Source: Macrostomum lignano (taxonomy: Eukaryota). From it: DNA of 55,517 nt. Within the stretch, counting starts at the first letter, position 1, and each line of letters starts with the position of its first letter. The notes beneath the pieces were generated by a model that was not told the origin of the DNA, searched no databases, and worked only from the letters and a program-made list of their open reading frames with translations. This document shows, in pieces, positions 11,831 to 25,455 of the stretch. The translations under genes were made by a program, and so were the position numbers. The stretch covers positions 1 to 55,517 of the forward strand of contig NIVC01000335.1 of the NCBI GenBank assembly GCA_002269645.1. Reading direction: 5' to 3'.

Positions 11831-12129
11831 TAGCCGCATCTTCTTAGAGCCTCAGAGCTCACGCAACGGAACGCGTAAAATGAGAGTGCTCAGGAAGTAC
11901 AATAGAGTTGAGTAGCCTAAAGTACCCCTCGAGCAAATTAGTAAACTTCTATTTAATAAGGACTGCGGTTACTGTGTGGGGATTCTGGTGAAATATTCGC
12001 TGGCTCCGTCTGAAACTTGATGACCAACTTCCGAAAAGTTGCTAGCAGCAGCAATGGACTGAACTTTGAATGAACCAATCTCAGGGCTATGAAGAATTTT
12101 GAGTATGAGATTTTTATACGCTCGTAAAT

Positions 12130-12430
12130 AGATTAGTAGATAAGAGTGATTAGAGTGAGTAGATCAGAGTGAGTAGATTAGAGTGAGTAGATTAGAGTAA
12201 GTAGATTAGAGTCAATAGATTAGAGTGAGTAGATTAGAGTGAGTAGATTAGAGTGAGTAGACAATGCAGATTAGAGTGAGCAGATTAAAGTGAGCAGATT
12301 AGAGTGAGCAGATTAAAGTGAGCAGATTAGAGTGAGAAGGTTAGAGTGAGAAGGTTAGAGTGAGCAGATTAGAGAGCAGATTAGAGTGAGTAGACAATGC
12401 AGATTAGAGTGAGTAGAAAATGCAGATTAG
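12130..12430. repeat. 14-bp satellite (AGATTAGAGTGAG[T/C]), left part, interrupted by a retrotransposon
   Basis: Same unit resumes at 13612-13825. Confidence 0.9.
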
Positions 12431-13611
<1,181 letters not shown>

Positions 13612-13825
13612 AAGAGCAGATTAGAGAGCAGATTAGAGTGAGCAGATTAGATTGAGCAGATTAGAGTGAGTAGATTATTAGAGTGAGTAGACAATGCAAA
13701 TTAGAGTAAGCAGATTAGAGTAAGTAGATTAGAGTGAGAAGATTAGAGTGAGTAGATTAGAGTGAGCAGATTAGAGTTAGAAGATTAGAGTGAGAAGATT
13801 AGAGTGAGCAGATTAGAGTGAGTAG
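13612..13825. repeat. 14-bp satellite, right part
   Basis: Direct reading. Confidence 0.9.
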
Positions 13826-14322
13826 GCAGCTAGGGTTAGGATAAACATCATGGGGAATCATCCGAGTAAAAAGCGGCATCTTAGACAGTAGGATAAGTCG
13901 CAAATTGCAGCATGAATTATGAGGAAATGAATTCAGGTACGAGTTCTGATGAAGTGCAGCTGGATGTCTAGACTAGACTGGGCCAGGCCCATCTCTATTG
14001 GGACCTGTGGGAGACAAATTAATTAATAATAAATCATTACCGGCGGCCACTTGGCGTCCGATTTCAGAGATTTTCCAAGAAATTCTCGACTTGAAAAAGA
14101 AAGAGGAAGCTCTCTCCATCTCACTCCTACTACAATGAGATTCTGAAGCCTAATTATTCCTAGAGAGAAACTGCTCAATCTAGAGGTGCCAAGACGGAGA
14201 TGCCTTTGCAAATGCTTTCAGATGACAGAATGAACCCGGAATGTCTCCTGTTCAGCCGTAAGTGCTTCTCAAGCTTTCTGACAAATATTTCATTAATTTT
14301 TTTGCTTCGCTCAGGCAATAAC

Positions 14323-14410
14323 TCTAACCCTAGCCCTAACCCTAGCCCTAACCCTAACCCTAACCCTAACCCTAACCCTAACCCTAACCCTAACCCTAAC
14401 CCTAACCCTA
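14323..14410 (-). repeat. Interstitial telomere-type repeat (TTAGGG)n, ~14 units
   Basis: (CCCTAA)n on the + strand with two CCCTAG variants. Confidence 0.93.
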
Positions 14411-14415
14411 GAGTC

Positions 14416-14878
14416 CAGGGGTCGGCAAACTCAGGTCCGCAGGCCAACATGCGGCCCGCCAAGCCTCTCTATCCAGCCCTCGGGTCCTTTGAAACTTCAC
14501 AATAGCAATCCGGTCAGCTTTAGGTTTGTGTCTCTTCTCAGCTCTCTTTAATCTCCTCTCCTCTCTTCTCTAATCTCCTCTCCTCTCTTCTCTTCTCTAA
14601 TCTCCTCTCCTCTCTACTCTTCTCTAATCTCCTCTCCTCTCTACTCTTCTCTAATCTCCTCTCCTCTCTTCTCTTCTCTTCTCTAACCTTCTCTCCTCCC
14701 TTCTCTAATCTCCTCTCCTCTCTACTCTTCTCTTATGTCCTCTCCTCTCTTCTCTTCTATTCTTTAATCTCCTCTCTTCTTCTCTATTTTCTACTAAATC
14801 TCCTCTCTCCCCTCTCGCCGGCAGTCATGCTCTAGATTCTCCCTCTGGCTCTGGAGACAAAGAGTTTGCCGACCTCTG
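14416..14878. mobile_element. hAT/Charlie-like non-autonomous element (MITE), copy 1, with internal CT-rich expansion
   Basis: TIRs CAGGGGTCGGCAAACT ... AGTTTGCCGACCTCTG (15/16); subterminal GGCC-ACATGCGGCCCG motif; CCCTAGA on both flanks; ~80-100 bp shared with 55104-55381. Confidence 0.8.
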
Positions 14879-15272
14879 CCCTAGACATTTATGCTTCAAA
14901 AACTCTAGCAAATCAAATATAAGGCGCCGTTAGTTTCCTGCATATTTTTTTCTGCCAGGGCCTTGCATTTCGCTGAGTCCTTTGTGGCTGCTAGGAGAAC
15001 TGTGTTTTTTAGCCGAATTGTAAAAAATGCCTGCTTTTAGCTCAGCAAATAAAATGTTTTTATGGCAATTTTTGTCAGTTGACTGTCTCTGCTTCAATGA
15101 CGAACAAAAGCTTATTCAATTGTCAGATCAAATCGATTGTAGCTCAGGTAAATGGGGGTCTGCAGTTCTTTCAATGCTAGTTTTATTGATTTGATGGGCT
15201 TTTTTAACATGCTGCTAGCTCGACTATAAGTGCGACATTGTTGACCTGAACTGTTCCGGCCTAGGCCGTGAT

Positions 15273-15612
15273 AAACTGAGCACTGTACTCACAGCCATAG
15301 ACAGTGAGGCCTGGCATGACAAACTGAGCACTGTACTCACAGCCATAGACAGTGAGGCCTGGCATGACAAACTGAGCACTGCACTCACAGCCATAGACAG
15401 TGAGGCCTGGCATGACAAACTGAGCACTGCACTCACAGCCATAGACAGTGAGGCCTGGCATGACAAACTGAGCACTGCACTCACAGCCATAGACAGTGAG
15501 GCCTGGCATGACAAACTGAGCACTGCACTCACAGCCATAGACAGTGAGGCCTGGCATGACAAACTGAGCACTGCACTCACAGCCATAGACAGTGAGGCCT
15601 GGCATGACAAAC
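15273..15612. repeat. Near-perfect 48-bp tandem repeat, 7 copies
   Basis: Units start at 15273, 15321 ... 15561; no spacers. Confidence 0.97.
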
Positions 15613-16127
15613 GTCTCCCTAATCAAAAAGCTTCACTTTCATCCCTTTTTTCAGTGATTTCACCAGTTCTTTCAGCAATATTTTCACTGAATGCTGTACA
15701 TAAGCTTAGCCTTCTATCAACAGTGATATAGCGATGCACTAATGCTTGCGTGTAAGTGTTCCCACTCGATAAAAAATATCCCACTCAGCCTCTCCCCTGG
15801 ACTCCCAGATCAACCATTATCTGGCGACAGAAAAAAATCTCTTGATGTCCTTGATGTCGCCAAAAATTTCTGAACAAGTGTCGACCTAAGCAAAATAAAA
15901 TAAGCTTAACAAATGCGCTCGATGGCTTTTTATACTCGTAGTTGCAATGTGGCTGCTGGGTTCGCCTGTGCTGCCTGTTTTGCAGAGAAGTTTTCCAAAT
16001 AGTATTTATCCTCCAGCCTGCCTGAGAAATCTTGGAATTTATCATTTGCTGTAGCCTGCTGTGCTGGATTGTGACAGCACCAGCAGTTATCACTGCACAG
16101 TGATAGATGCTCTGGGAGATCTGGGAA

Positions 16128-16538
<411 letters not shown>

Positions 16539-16540
16539 AG

Positions 16541-16720
16541 CACAGAGAAAGTGCATTTCAAAGGTTGGGGGACCAGCAGCACCCTGAGGCTACAGGTCAG
16601 GTTAAAAGAAGCGTCAAAAAAGATCTGAGCTCTGAGACCGGAGCCGGGCCCCCTGCTAGCACAGACAGTGAGAGGCTGGCGATGCCATTCGGCCAGATGA
16701 AGCTCAAACGAAAGAGCTGA
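16541..16720 (+). other. Possible terminal exon of an unidentified nested antisense gene (59 aa)
   Basis: tatcAG| followed by open frame HRESAFQRLG...MKLKRKS*; no recognisable homology. Confidence 0.2.
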
Positions 16721-16917
16721 CAGATCCTGAATCAGTGCGAAGCTGCTTTTAATCAGTGCTAAACAAAATTGAAAGACTGAATTTCAAAGACCTGTAAAAT
16801 TAACTAAATTAGCTCCTTCTTCAGAACAGTATAAAATTCTCTGGTCTGGATTCACTGCAGCCCAGTCGTATATGCGTTTTCACTTAGTCATACTCATCTC
16901 ATACTCATTACTATTTC

Positions 16918-17100
16918 CACCCCAATCCCACCCGAATCCCACAACAATCCCCTCTCCAATCCCCACCCCAATCCCCACCCCAATCCCAACCCCAATCCCC
17001 ACCCCAATCCCCACCCCAATCCCCACCCCAATCCCCACCCCAATCCCCACCCCAATCCCCACCCCAATCCCCACCCCAATCCCCACCCCAATCCCCATCC
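16918..17100 (-). repeat. G-rich 12-bp repeat (GGGGTGGGGATT)n on the DEG/ENaC sense strand
   Basis: (CCCCAATCCCCA)n on +; starts ~6 nt after the exon 1 donor. Confidence 0.95.
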
Positions 17101-17106
17101 GCATAC

Positions 17107-17925
17107 CACAGACGGGTGGCTGGTGAGCATGGCGGTCTCATCAAAGTTGGGCCTCTTGCTGGGCTCGTGCAGCACCACCTGCACAGTTGTGTACTTCTTC
17201 AGCGCGTCCCGCACGAAAGATGCGTTCTCGTAGGGCCCCAGGCCGTATCGGGGCGCCGACCGACCCGCCGGCAGCACCAAGAAGATCGACTTCAACGCCC
17301 GGCTAAATGCCGGATCCCGAAATGACAAGGTGTGACAGTTGAGATTGATAGGATGAAGGAAGCTGCGCACGCTGATGTTGCAGGTGGCTCGGTCCAGGCC
17401 GCGGAACACCGGCTGCCCGTGATCGAAGGGGTTCACAGCGCAGAAGTAGAACGGCAGCCGGTGGCCCAGGCTGCTCAGGAGGCTGCGGTTCGGCACGTTC
17501 TGGAAGTAGGCCTCCCGCTGGTCGAGCCGCAGCAGCGAGGCGGCCAGGCGGGACCGGCCGGTCTTCGTCAGGCGGAGGGCGGCGGCCCGCAGTCTGGCGC
17601 TGAAGTTGTTCGGCGACTCCACCAGGCCGCTGCGCCACAGCTCCTCGGCGCTGTCAGCGAACGGGTCGCTGACGCAGAAGGACAGGGCGGGGAACTCCTC
17701 CAGGTGGCCGTAGACTTTCTGCTGCTGCACAATGGTCTCGCGGAGCAGGTAGCGCTGCACCAGAAACATCACCTGGGAGAAGGCGAACAGGAAGCTGCCC
17801 AGCACGAAGGCGGTCCAGAAGAACCTCAGCGGCAACGTGGGGGAGAAGATTGTCCGCTTCAGGCCGCGAATGCTGGAGTTGGCAACGAACTCGCTCAGCT
17901 CGGCGAGCCACGGGTTCACCGACTC

Positions 17926-17963
<38 letters not shown>

Positions 17964-17979
17964 AGGAGCTGTTTGCCAT
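17107..17979 (-). CDS. DEG/ENaC channel, exon 1 (N-tail with polyQ, TM1, palm/finger); spliced protein 620 aa
   Basis: ATG at 17979; [18 protein letters not shown]1, [20 protein letters not shown]; ends GTG|GTATGC, 873 nt, phase 0; HPSV|INVMSF aligns with the ASIC-type PGFQTFVS strand. Confidence 0.9.
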
Positions 17980-18388
17980 CTTTCTGCTTTAGCCGATTTG
18001 TGAAAAATGATGAAGCGTCATAGAGGCAGAGACGGGCCATCACGGAAGCGTAGATAAATCCCTTCTAAGCTGCCCCCACCCCCTGATTCGTCAGCAGGCC
18101 TCAGCCAGTCTGCTCGAGTCGGAGACAAAAAAAATTCTGCTCAAAAATATTGCTTTAGCGAACTAAGCAATCCCATGGAAAAGTGAGCCGAATAGCGGAC
18201 TCAGAATCTCCTCGGGAGGATTCGGAGCCTCACGCGACCGACAGCAGCGGCTGGCTGGAATTAAAAATTCTGCATTTACCTTCAGGATGCAGGTCCTGAG
18301 ATCCTGATTTTATCCTCTCTCCTTTTGGCAGTTCAACTGGGCTGTGCTGGAGAATTCCGTGTTCAAGCAGTGAGCATCTCAGAACTGG

Positions 18389-18397
18389 CAGACAGAC

Positions 18398-18448
<51 letters not shown>

Positions 18449-18451
18449 CTA

Positions 18452-18546
<95 letters not shown>

Positions 18547-18980
18547 TAGACAGAAAGACAGACAGACAGACAGACAGGCACTAAGACACTAAGACACTAA
18601 GACATTATGAAACTAAGACAGACAGACAGACAAACAGACAGGCACAGACAGACACTAAGACAGGCACTAAGACAGGCACTAAGACAGGCACTAAGACAGA
18701 CACTGAGACAGGCACTAAGAAAGAACTAAGACAGACACTAAGACAGGCATTAAGACAGACAGGCGCTAAGACAGGCACAGATAGACACTAAGACAGGCGC
18801 TAAGACAGGCACTAAGAAAGACGCTAAGACAGGCATTAAGACAGACACTAAGACAGGCACTGAGACAGGCATCAAGACAGACACTAAGACAGGCACTGAG
18901 ACAGGCATCAAGACAGACACTAAGACAGGCACTGAGACAGGCATCAAGACAGACACTAAGACAGGCACAGAGACAGCACT
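18389..18980. repeat. (GACA)n microsatellite grading into a 12-bp repeat (GACAGGCACTAA)
   Basis: Direct reading. Confidence 0.95.
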
Positions 18981-19427
18981 CAAAAGTCAGATGCAGGGAA
19001 GCTAAACTGTAGGGAAATTAATAGTTTGCACTGGCCTGTCCCGGGTGGACGGGAGTCGATGGGAAAATCAATCACAGCTCCCTGATCCCGCTTTCTTGGC
19101 GTGCCCCCGGCGATGAGGTGGGCAAAGATGCTGGAGACCGGTGGCCGCTCACCTCAGCTCCATGGCCCGCATCCCCAGGCAGTATATAGCATGCATATAT
19201 AACTATCGAGCCCTCCCTTACCCAGCCAAGAAAGCCTTCCGTTTTCGACGGCCACTGCCAAGCCCCCTCCCTGGGGTCTCCGATAGTAGCCAGAATTTCA
19301 TATGCAGTGCGACTGCAGTGCAGCCAGTGGCCCCTGTTGCCATATCTAGGAGAACGGCGGCATTAGATGGCGAGGGAGTGAAAAGATCAAAGTCCGGTGC
19401 CACGGAATTTACGCTAAAACTCCGCCT

Positions 19428-20062
19428 GACTACTCACACTACTGACTACTGACTACTAACTGACTGACTACTGAACTACTGACTATTGACTGACTGACTG
19501 ACTACTGACTATTGACTACTGACTACTGACTACTGACTACTGACTACTGACTACTGACTACTGACTGACTGACTGACTGACTACTGACTACTGACTACTG
19601 ACTACTGACTGACTGACTACTGACTACTGACTACTGACTACTGACTACTGACTACTGACTACTGACTATTGACTACTGACTGACTGACTACTGACTACTG
19701 ACTACTGACTATTGACTACTGACTGACTGACTACTGACTACTGACTACTGACTACTGACTACTGACTACTGACTACTGAGTACTGACTACTGACTGACTG
19801 ACTGACTACTGACTACTGAGTACTGACTACTGACTGACTGACTGACTACTGACTACTGAGTACTGACTACTGACTACTGACTGACTGACTGACTGACTGA
19901 CTGACTGACTGACTGACTGACTACTGACTACTGACTACTGACTACTGACTACTGACTACTGAGTATTGACTACTGACTACTGACTACTGACTACTGACTA
20001 CTGACTACTGACTACTGACTACTGAGTACTGACTACTGACTACTGACTACTGACTACTACAG
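19428..20062. repeat. (GACTACT)n/(GACT)n compound microsatellite
   Basis: Direct reading. Confidence 0.96.
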
Positions 20063-20415
20063 TTACTAAATTTTAAATAAAAGAAAAATTTTAATTACTG
20101 CAATTTACAAAATTAGATTATAAAACGCAGCCTATTCTACTCATTACAATCACACAAGAAACAGCAGAAAATTCATACTTTTCCGCAACTTACACTGGAC
20201 TTGTGTTAGTAAATTTAGTTTATCAAACATTCTGTTTCTACAAACATTACTACTACTTAAGTAGAGTTCAAGAGATCATTCGGCACAAAGTTTTAAAATC
20301 ATTAATTTTCAAATGATTTTACGACGCCAAAATTTTCAGTAGCGGCAGTATTAGTAGTATACTAAAGTTACGAGTGTCCGTACACATTTCGAAATTAAAT
20401 AAATTATACACTTTG

Positions 20416-21205
20416 CTGACGTAGGCTAGATTAACAATCCATTCTATTCCTTCATTTATTGATGTAGGCTAGATTAGCAATCCATTCTATTCCTTCATTT
20501 ATTGATGTAGGCTAGATTAGCAATCCATTCTATTCCTTCACTGATGCAGGCTAGATTAGCAATCCATTCTATTCCTTCATTACTGATGTAGGCTAGATTA
20601 GCAATCCATTCTATTCCTTCATAATTTATGCAGGCTAGATTAGCAATCCATTCTATTCCTTCATTACTGATGTAGGCTAGATTAGCAATCCATTCTATTC
20701 CTTCATTACTGATGCAGGCTAGATTAGCAATCCATTCTATTCCTTCATTACTGATGTAGGCTAGATTAGCAATCCATTCTATTCCTTCATAATTTATGCA
20801 GGCTAGATTAGCAATCCATTCTATTCCTTCACTGATGCAGGCTAGATTAGCAATCCATTCTATTCCTTCACTGATGTAGGCTAGATTAGCAATCCATTCT
20901 ATTCCTTCACTGATGTAGGCTAGATTAGCAATCCATTCTATTCCTTCACTGATGTAGGCTAGATTAGCAATCCATTCTATTCCTTCACTGATGTAGGCTA
21001 GATTAGCAATCCATTCTATTCCTTCACTGATGTAGGCTAGATTAGCAATCCATTCTATTCCTTCACTGATGCAGGCTAGATTAGCAATCCATTCTATTCC
21101 TTCACTGATGTAGGCTAGATTAGCAATCCATTCTATTCCTTCACTGATGCAGGCTAGATTAGCAATCCATTCTATTCCTTCACTGATGCAGGCTAGATTA
21201 GCAAT
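20416..21205 (+). repeat. 39-43-bp minisatellite (GATGTAGGCTAGATTAGCAATCCATTCTATTCCTTCACT), left arm of an inverted pair
   Basis: Reverse-complement array at 24138-24925. Confidence 0.95.
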
Positions 21206-21664
21206 TCATTCTGCTCTAAATTCCTTGATGCCCCGTGCAGCCCATGCGGCAGTAGCCTAAAATCTCTGATTAATCCAAATCGGCAATTCTCCATCAAAAG
21301 GCAGTCCTGAGCATCCTAGAATCATTAGTTGCCAGGTAAACTCTAGCTAATGAATCCCAGTCTGGATTCGAAACCCCAACTGGCTCCTCGCCCTTGCCCT
21401 CGCCGCTCTCTAGCAATTGACTTTCCCGTCTGGGTCGGCCGCTGACTATGCGTCAGTCACGTCAGGTTCGAGTGAAAAATTGCTGAGCTCAAGTAGAGAA
21501 ACAGGGGAGCAGCTTGAAGGGGGAGAAAGTTTCTTTAGATCCTCAGGAACGGGGAGGTCAATTAGGAATTGATTTTAGCTGCCGTCCAATTGGGGACAGT
21601 GTGTACTTTTGTTACCGAATTGAATCGGGAAACTCCTAATCGATAGAATATGATAGATGGTAGC

Positions 21665-22258
21665 GCTGCTGTATAGATCATAGCTGGCTGCTGTATAGAT
21701 CATAGCTGGCTGCTGTATAGATCATAGCTGGCTGCTGTATAGATCATAGCTGGCTGCTGTATAGATCATAGCTGGCTGCTGTATAGATCATAGCTGGCTG
21801 CTGTATAGATCATAGCTGGCTGCTGTATAGATCATAGCTGGCTGCTGTATACTAAATGCTAATTGGCGCCCACTAAATGCTAATTGGCGCCCACTAATGC
21901 TAATTGGCGCCCACTAAATCCTAATTGGCACCCACTAAATCCTAATTGGCACCCACTAAATCCTAATTGGCGCCCACTAAATCCTTATTGGCGCCCACTA
22001 AATGCTAATATGCGCCCACTAATTCTAATTGGCGCCCACTAAATGCTAATTGGCGCCCACTAAATGCTAATTGGCGCCCACTAAATGCTAATTGGCGCCC
22101 ACTAAATGCTAATTGGCGCCCACTAAATGCTAATATGCGCCCACTAATTCTAATTGGCGCCCACTAAATGCTAATTGGCACCCACTAAATCCTAATTGGC
22201 GCCCACTAAATGCTAATTGGCGCCCACTAAATGCTAATTGGCGCCCACTAAATCCTAA
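21665..22258. repeat. Two abutting minisatellites: 22-bp (TGCTGTATAGATCATAGCTGGC) then 21-bp (CACTAAATGCTAATTGGCGCC)
   Basis: Direct reading; switch at about 21851. Confidence 0.95.
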
Positions 22259-22486
22259 TGGGGCCAGTCCCAACCCGCGCCACGCACTCCGAGCCCAACT
22301 CATTATTTCGATCGGAGCTCGAATTGCGTCTTAGCGTGTCGGAGCGGGCGTTGAATAATCGACATTCGCCGCCCCTCTTTGCCGCCGCCAAGCTGATTAG
22401 ATTTCCACATTCGAACCTCCGCTAGCAGAGCCAGGCGCCTTTTGTCCTGCAGCACTTTGAACTACTAAGACTTTGGCAAAACCGAC

Positions 22487-22535
22487 GAGAGAGGGAGAGC
22501 GAGAGAGAGAGAGAGGGAGGGAGGGAGAGGGAGTA
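22487..22535 (-). promoter_or_regulatory. GA/CT-rich tract, possible promoter-proximal element for the DEG/ENaC gene
   Basis: CT-rich on the minus strand; a similar CT tract lies on the + strand at about 41389-41445, upstream of nAChR-B. Confidence 0.2.
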
Positions 22536-22904
22536 GATGAGATTGCACTCAGGCCAGCTCCGAGGCGTGACAGGTAATTAGTACAGACCGGGCGCAAATC
22601 GATGCTAGCAAAAAACCCAATGGCTGGCTTGCTGCATCATTCCCAAGGCCAGCTACCGCTGAGGAGCTTGTTGTGCACTTCCCAGCAACTTGGGCGGGGC
22701 AAGGAGGGGGTCCGGCTGGGAGGATGGTGTATAATCAATGCGCCTGATGAGGCAGGACTGCATGAGGCTGGACGCGTTGGACGAAGAAAGGGGTTGGGGT
22801 TGAGTTGAAAGAGGGGATTTCGAAAGTTCAATGCCACGGGAAAGCTCAAACTGGGAGGAGAAGCTTCCTGCTTGCAGCAGCAGCAAAGGAAAAGATTTTT
22901 TATG

Positions 22905-23660
22905 GAGGATGAGAGAAACTATGAGAGAAGAAACGGAGGGTCACTGGGAGGACTGGGAGGGTCACTGAGAAGATTAGGAGGGTCACTGAGAAGATTAAGA
23001 GGGTCACTGAGAAGATTAGGAGAGTCACTGAGAAGATTAGAAGAGTCAATGAGAAGACTAGGAGAGTCACTGAGAAGATTAGGAGAGTCACTAAAGGAGA
23101 GTCACTGAGAAGACAAGGAGAGTCACTAAAGGAGAGTCACTGAGAAGACAAGGAGAGTCACTGAAGGAGAGTCACTGAGAAGACAAGGAGAGTCACTGAA
23201 GGAGAGTCACTTAAGGAGAGTCACTGAAGGACAGTCACTGAGAAGACAAGGAGAGTCCCTGAAGGAGAGTCACTGAGAAGACAAGGAGAGTCACTGAAGG
23301 AGAGTCACTGAAGGAGAGTCACTGAGAAGACAAGGAGAGTCACTGAAGGAGAGTCACTTAAGGAGAGTCACTGAAGGAGAGTCACTGAAGGACAGTCACT
23401 GAGAAGACAAGGAGAGTCACTGAAGGACAGTCACTGAGAAGACAAGGAGAGTCACTAAAGGAGAGTCACTGAGAAGACAAGGAGAGTCACTGAAGGAGAG
23501 TCACTTAAGGAGAGTCACTGAAGGAGAGTCACTGAAGGACAGTCACTGAGAAGACTAGGAGAGTCACTGAAGGAGAGTCACTGAGAAGACAAGGAGAGTC
23601 ACTGAAGGAGAGTCACTGAGAAGACAAGGAGAGTCACTGAAGGAGAGTCACTGAGAAGAG
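22905..23660. repeat. Purine-rich minisatellite (GGAGAGTCACTGAA / GAGAAGACAAGGAGAGTCACT)
   Basis: Direct reading. Confidence 0.94.
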
Positions 23661-24137
23661 ACGCAAACACATTTCCGGTTTCAAGATCAGACGGAGACCC
23701 TCAGACAGAGAGAGGCACTGGAGAGAGGAAAACTCCCAGCTCCAGCAGGGACAGGGAAGCTGGGCCGGCTTCCGCCGCAGCCACCCCGGCCCCCTCCCGG
23801 TCATTGATTTCATTGATTTGCCCAGACGCCGGGCCGCCTAATGATGCCAGGGCGTCAGTTTTTGTGCTTGTGCGAGTTCGAGTGAGGGGGGGACAAATTT
23901 AATTCTGTCGGGCTTGTCACAGACGAGCTGAAAGCGGCCTGCGGAGTCTGCGAGGCTGCGCGCCTTCCATCACTCCTATTCGGTCCCGAGGGACTCACTG
24001 TGAGCCCGAGCTGGATTCAAGGACTGCGGTGCAAACTCGGAGGAATTCTCCTCGACTGTTTTGCGTATTTCTGCCGGGAAGGAGAAATGTTTGGCTGCTA
24101 AGAGATCGGCTGGCCATATGGAGTGCTGGGGGTTGGC

Positions 24138-24925
24138 TGCTTGGATTGCTAATCTAGCCTGCATGGATTGCTAATCTAGCCTGCATGGATTGCTAATCTA
24201 GCCTGCATGGATTGCTAATCTAGCCTGCATGGATTGCTAATCTAGCCTGCATGGATTGCTAATCTAGCCTGCATGGATTGCTAATCTAGCCTGCTTGGAT
24301 TGCTAATCTAGACTGCATGGATTGCTAATCTAGCCTGCGTGGATTGCTAATTTAGCCTACATCAGTGAAGGAATAGAATGGATTGCTAATCTAGCCTACA
24401 TCAATGATGAAGGAATAGAATGGATTGCTAATCTAGCCTACATCAATGAAGGAATAGAATGGATTGCTAATCTAGCCTACATCAGTGAAGGAATAGAATG
24501 GATTGCTAATCTAGCCTACATCAATGATGAAGGAATAGAATGGATTGCTAATCTAGCCTACATAAATGAAGGAATAGAATGGATTGCTAATCTAGCCTAC
24601 ATCAGTGAAGGAATAGAATGGATTGCTAATCTAGCCTACATCAATGATGAAGGAATAGAATGGATTGCTAATCTAGCCTACATCAATGAAGGAATAGAAT
24701 GGATTGCTAATCTAGCCTACATCAGTGAAGGAATAGAATGGATTGCTAATCTAGGCTGCATCAGTGAAGGAATAGAATGGATTGCTAATCTAGCCTACAT
24801 CAGTGAAGGAATAGAATGGATTGCTAATCTAGCCTACATCAGTGAAGGAATAGAATGGATTGCTAATCTAGCCTACATCAATGATGAAGGAATAGAATGG
24901 ATTGCCAATCTAGCCTACATCAGTG
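24138..24925 (-). repeat. Right arm of the inverted pair: 22-bp truncated units followed by 39/42-bp units
   Basis: GGATTGCTAATCTAGCCTACATCAGTGAAGGAATAGAAT is the reverse complement of the 20416-21205 unit. Confidence 0.95.
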
Positions 24926-25455
24926 CACCATAAAAAAGGCGCCCAGTGGATGTGCACTTTACTGAATCATCCACCGGCAGTCCTACCCCAGCCAGAAGAG
25001 ATTCAAACGGCTCCCTGAAGTGAAGCCTCGGTTTTCATTCTCATCAATTTGTATTCTCTGCACCGCGTGAACTGGCGCCACTACCGCAGCCATGTGCTGT
25101 GCGGCGTAATTTTTTTATTTCATCTCCACCATCGGCCCCGCAGGGAGCCCCCGCTGAGGCAGCCATTATCTCAGTCTGTCAGCTGGTGGACTTTATAAGG
25201 CTGCTAAGGACTGGCTACCTAGTGAGGGAAGTCCTTCTGCCGCACTGATATTCCGTCCGGCTGGGGTGGGAGGGGCTGTTGAGGAAAAAATCCCAAGTAA
25301 GAAAAATTGACAGACGAATTTCTAAAAGTGATGCATGCCAAGCACGGACAGACTCGAGTGCACGTACCACTGACCAGCGGCCCATCTGGCTATTAGCAAT
25401 GTCCCTGAGGCACAATCCGCTGGGGATGAGAACCGACTGAAAGAGGTATAAATAG

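Noticed and set aside
10715-11839. 374-aa ORF and similar repeat ORFs (5313-6065, 16061-16628, 37610-38562, 40190-40969, 49821-51230, 52443-53220)
   Set aside because: All lie in tandem arrays and give periodic low-complexity peptides
15273-15612. CRISPR-like regular repeats (also 20416-21205, 30110-31075)
   Set aside because: Head-to-tail units without unique spacers, no cas genes, eukaryotic context
16540-16726. Minus-strand frame DLSALSFELHL...TCSLR as an extra DEG/ENaC exon
   Set aside because: Exon 1 joins exon 2 in register with the ASIC-type beta strand without it, and it has no good donor
19218-19403. 61-aa minus-strand ORF as an upstream coding exon of the DEG/ENaC
   Set aside because: Donor-like sites are present, but no matching acceptor or frame into the 17979 ATG could be shown; may be 5'UTR
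21364-21376. B-box-like GGGTTTCGAATCC on the minus strand (tRNA or SINE)
   Set aside because: No A-box or cloverleaf could be built around it
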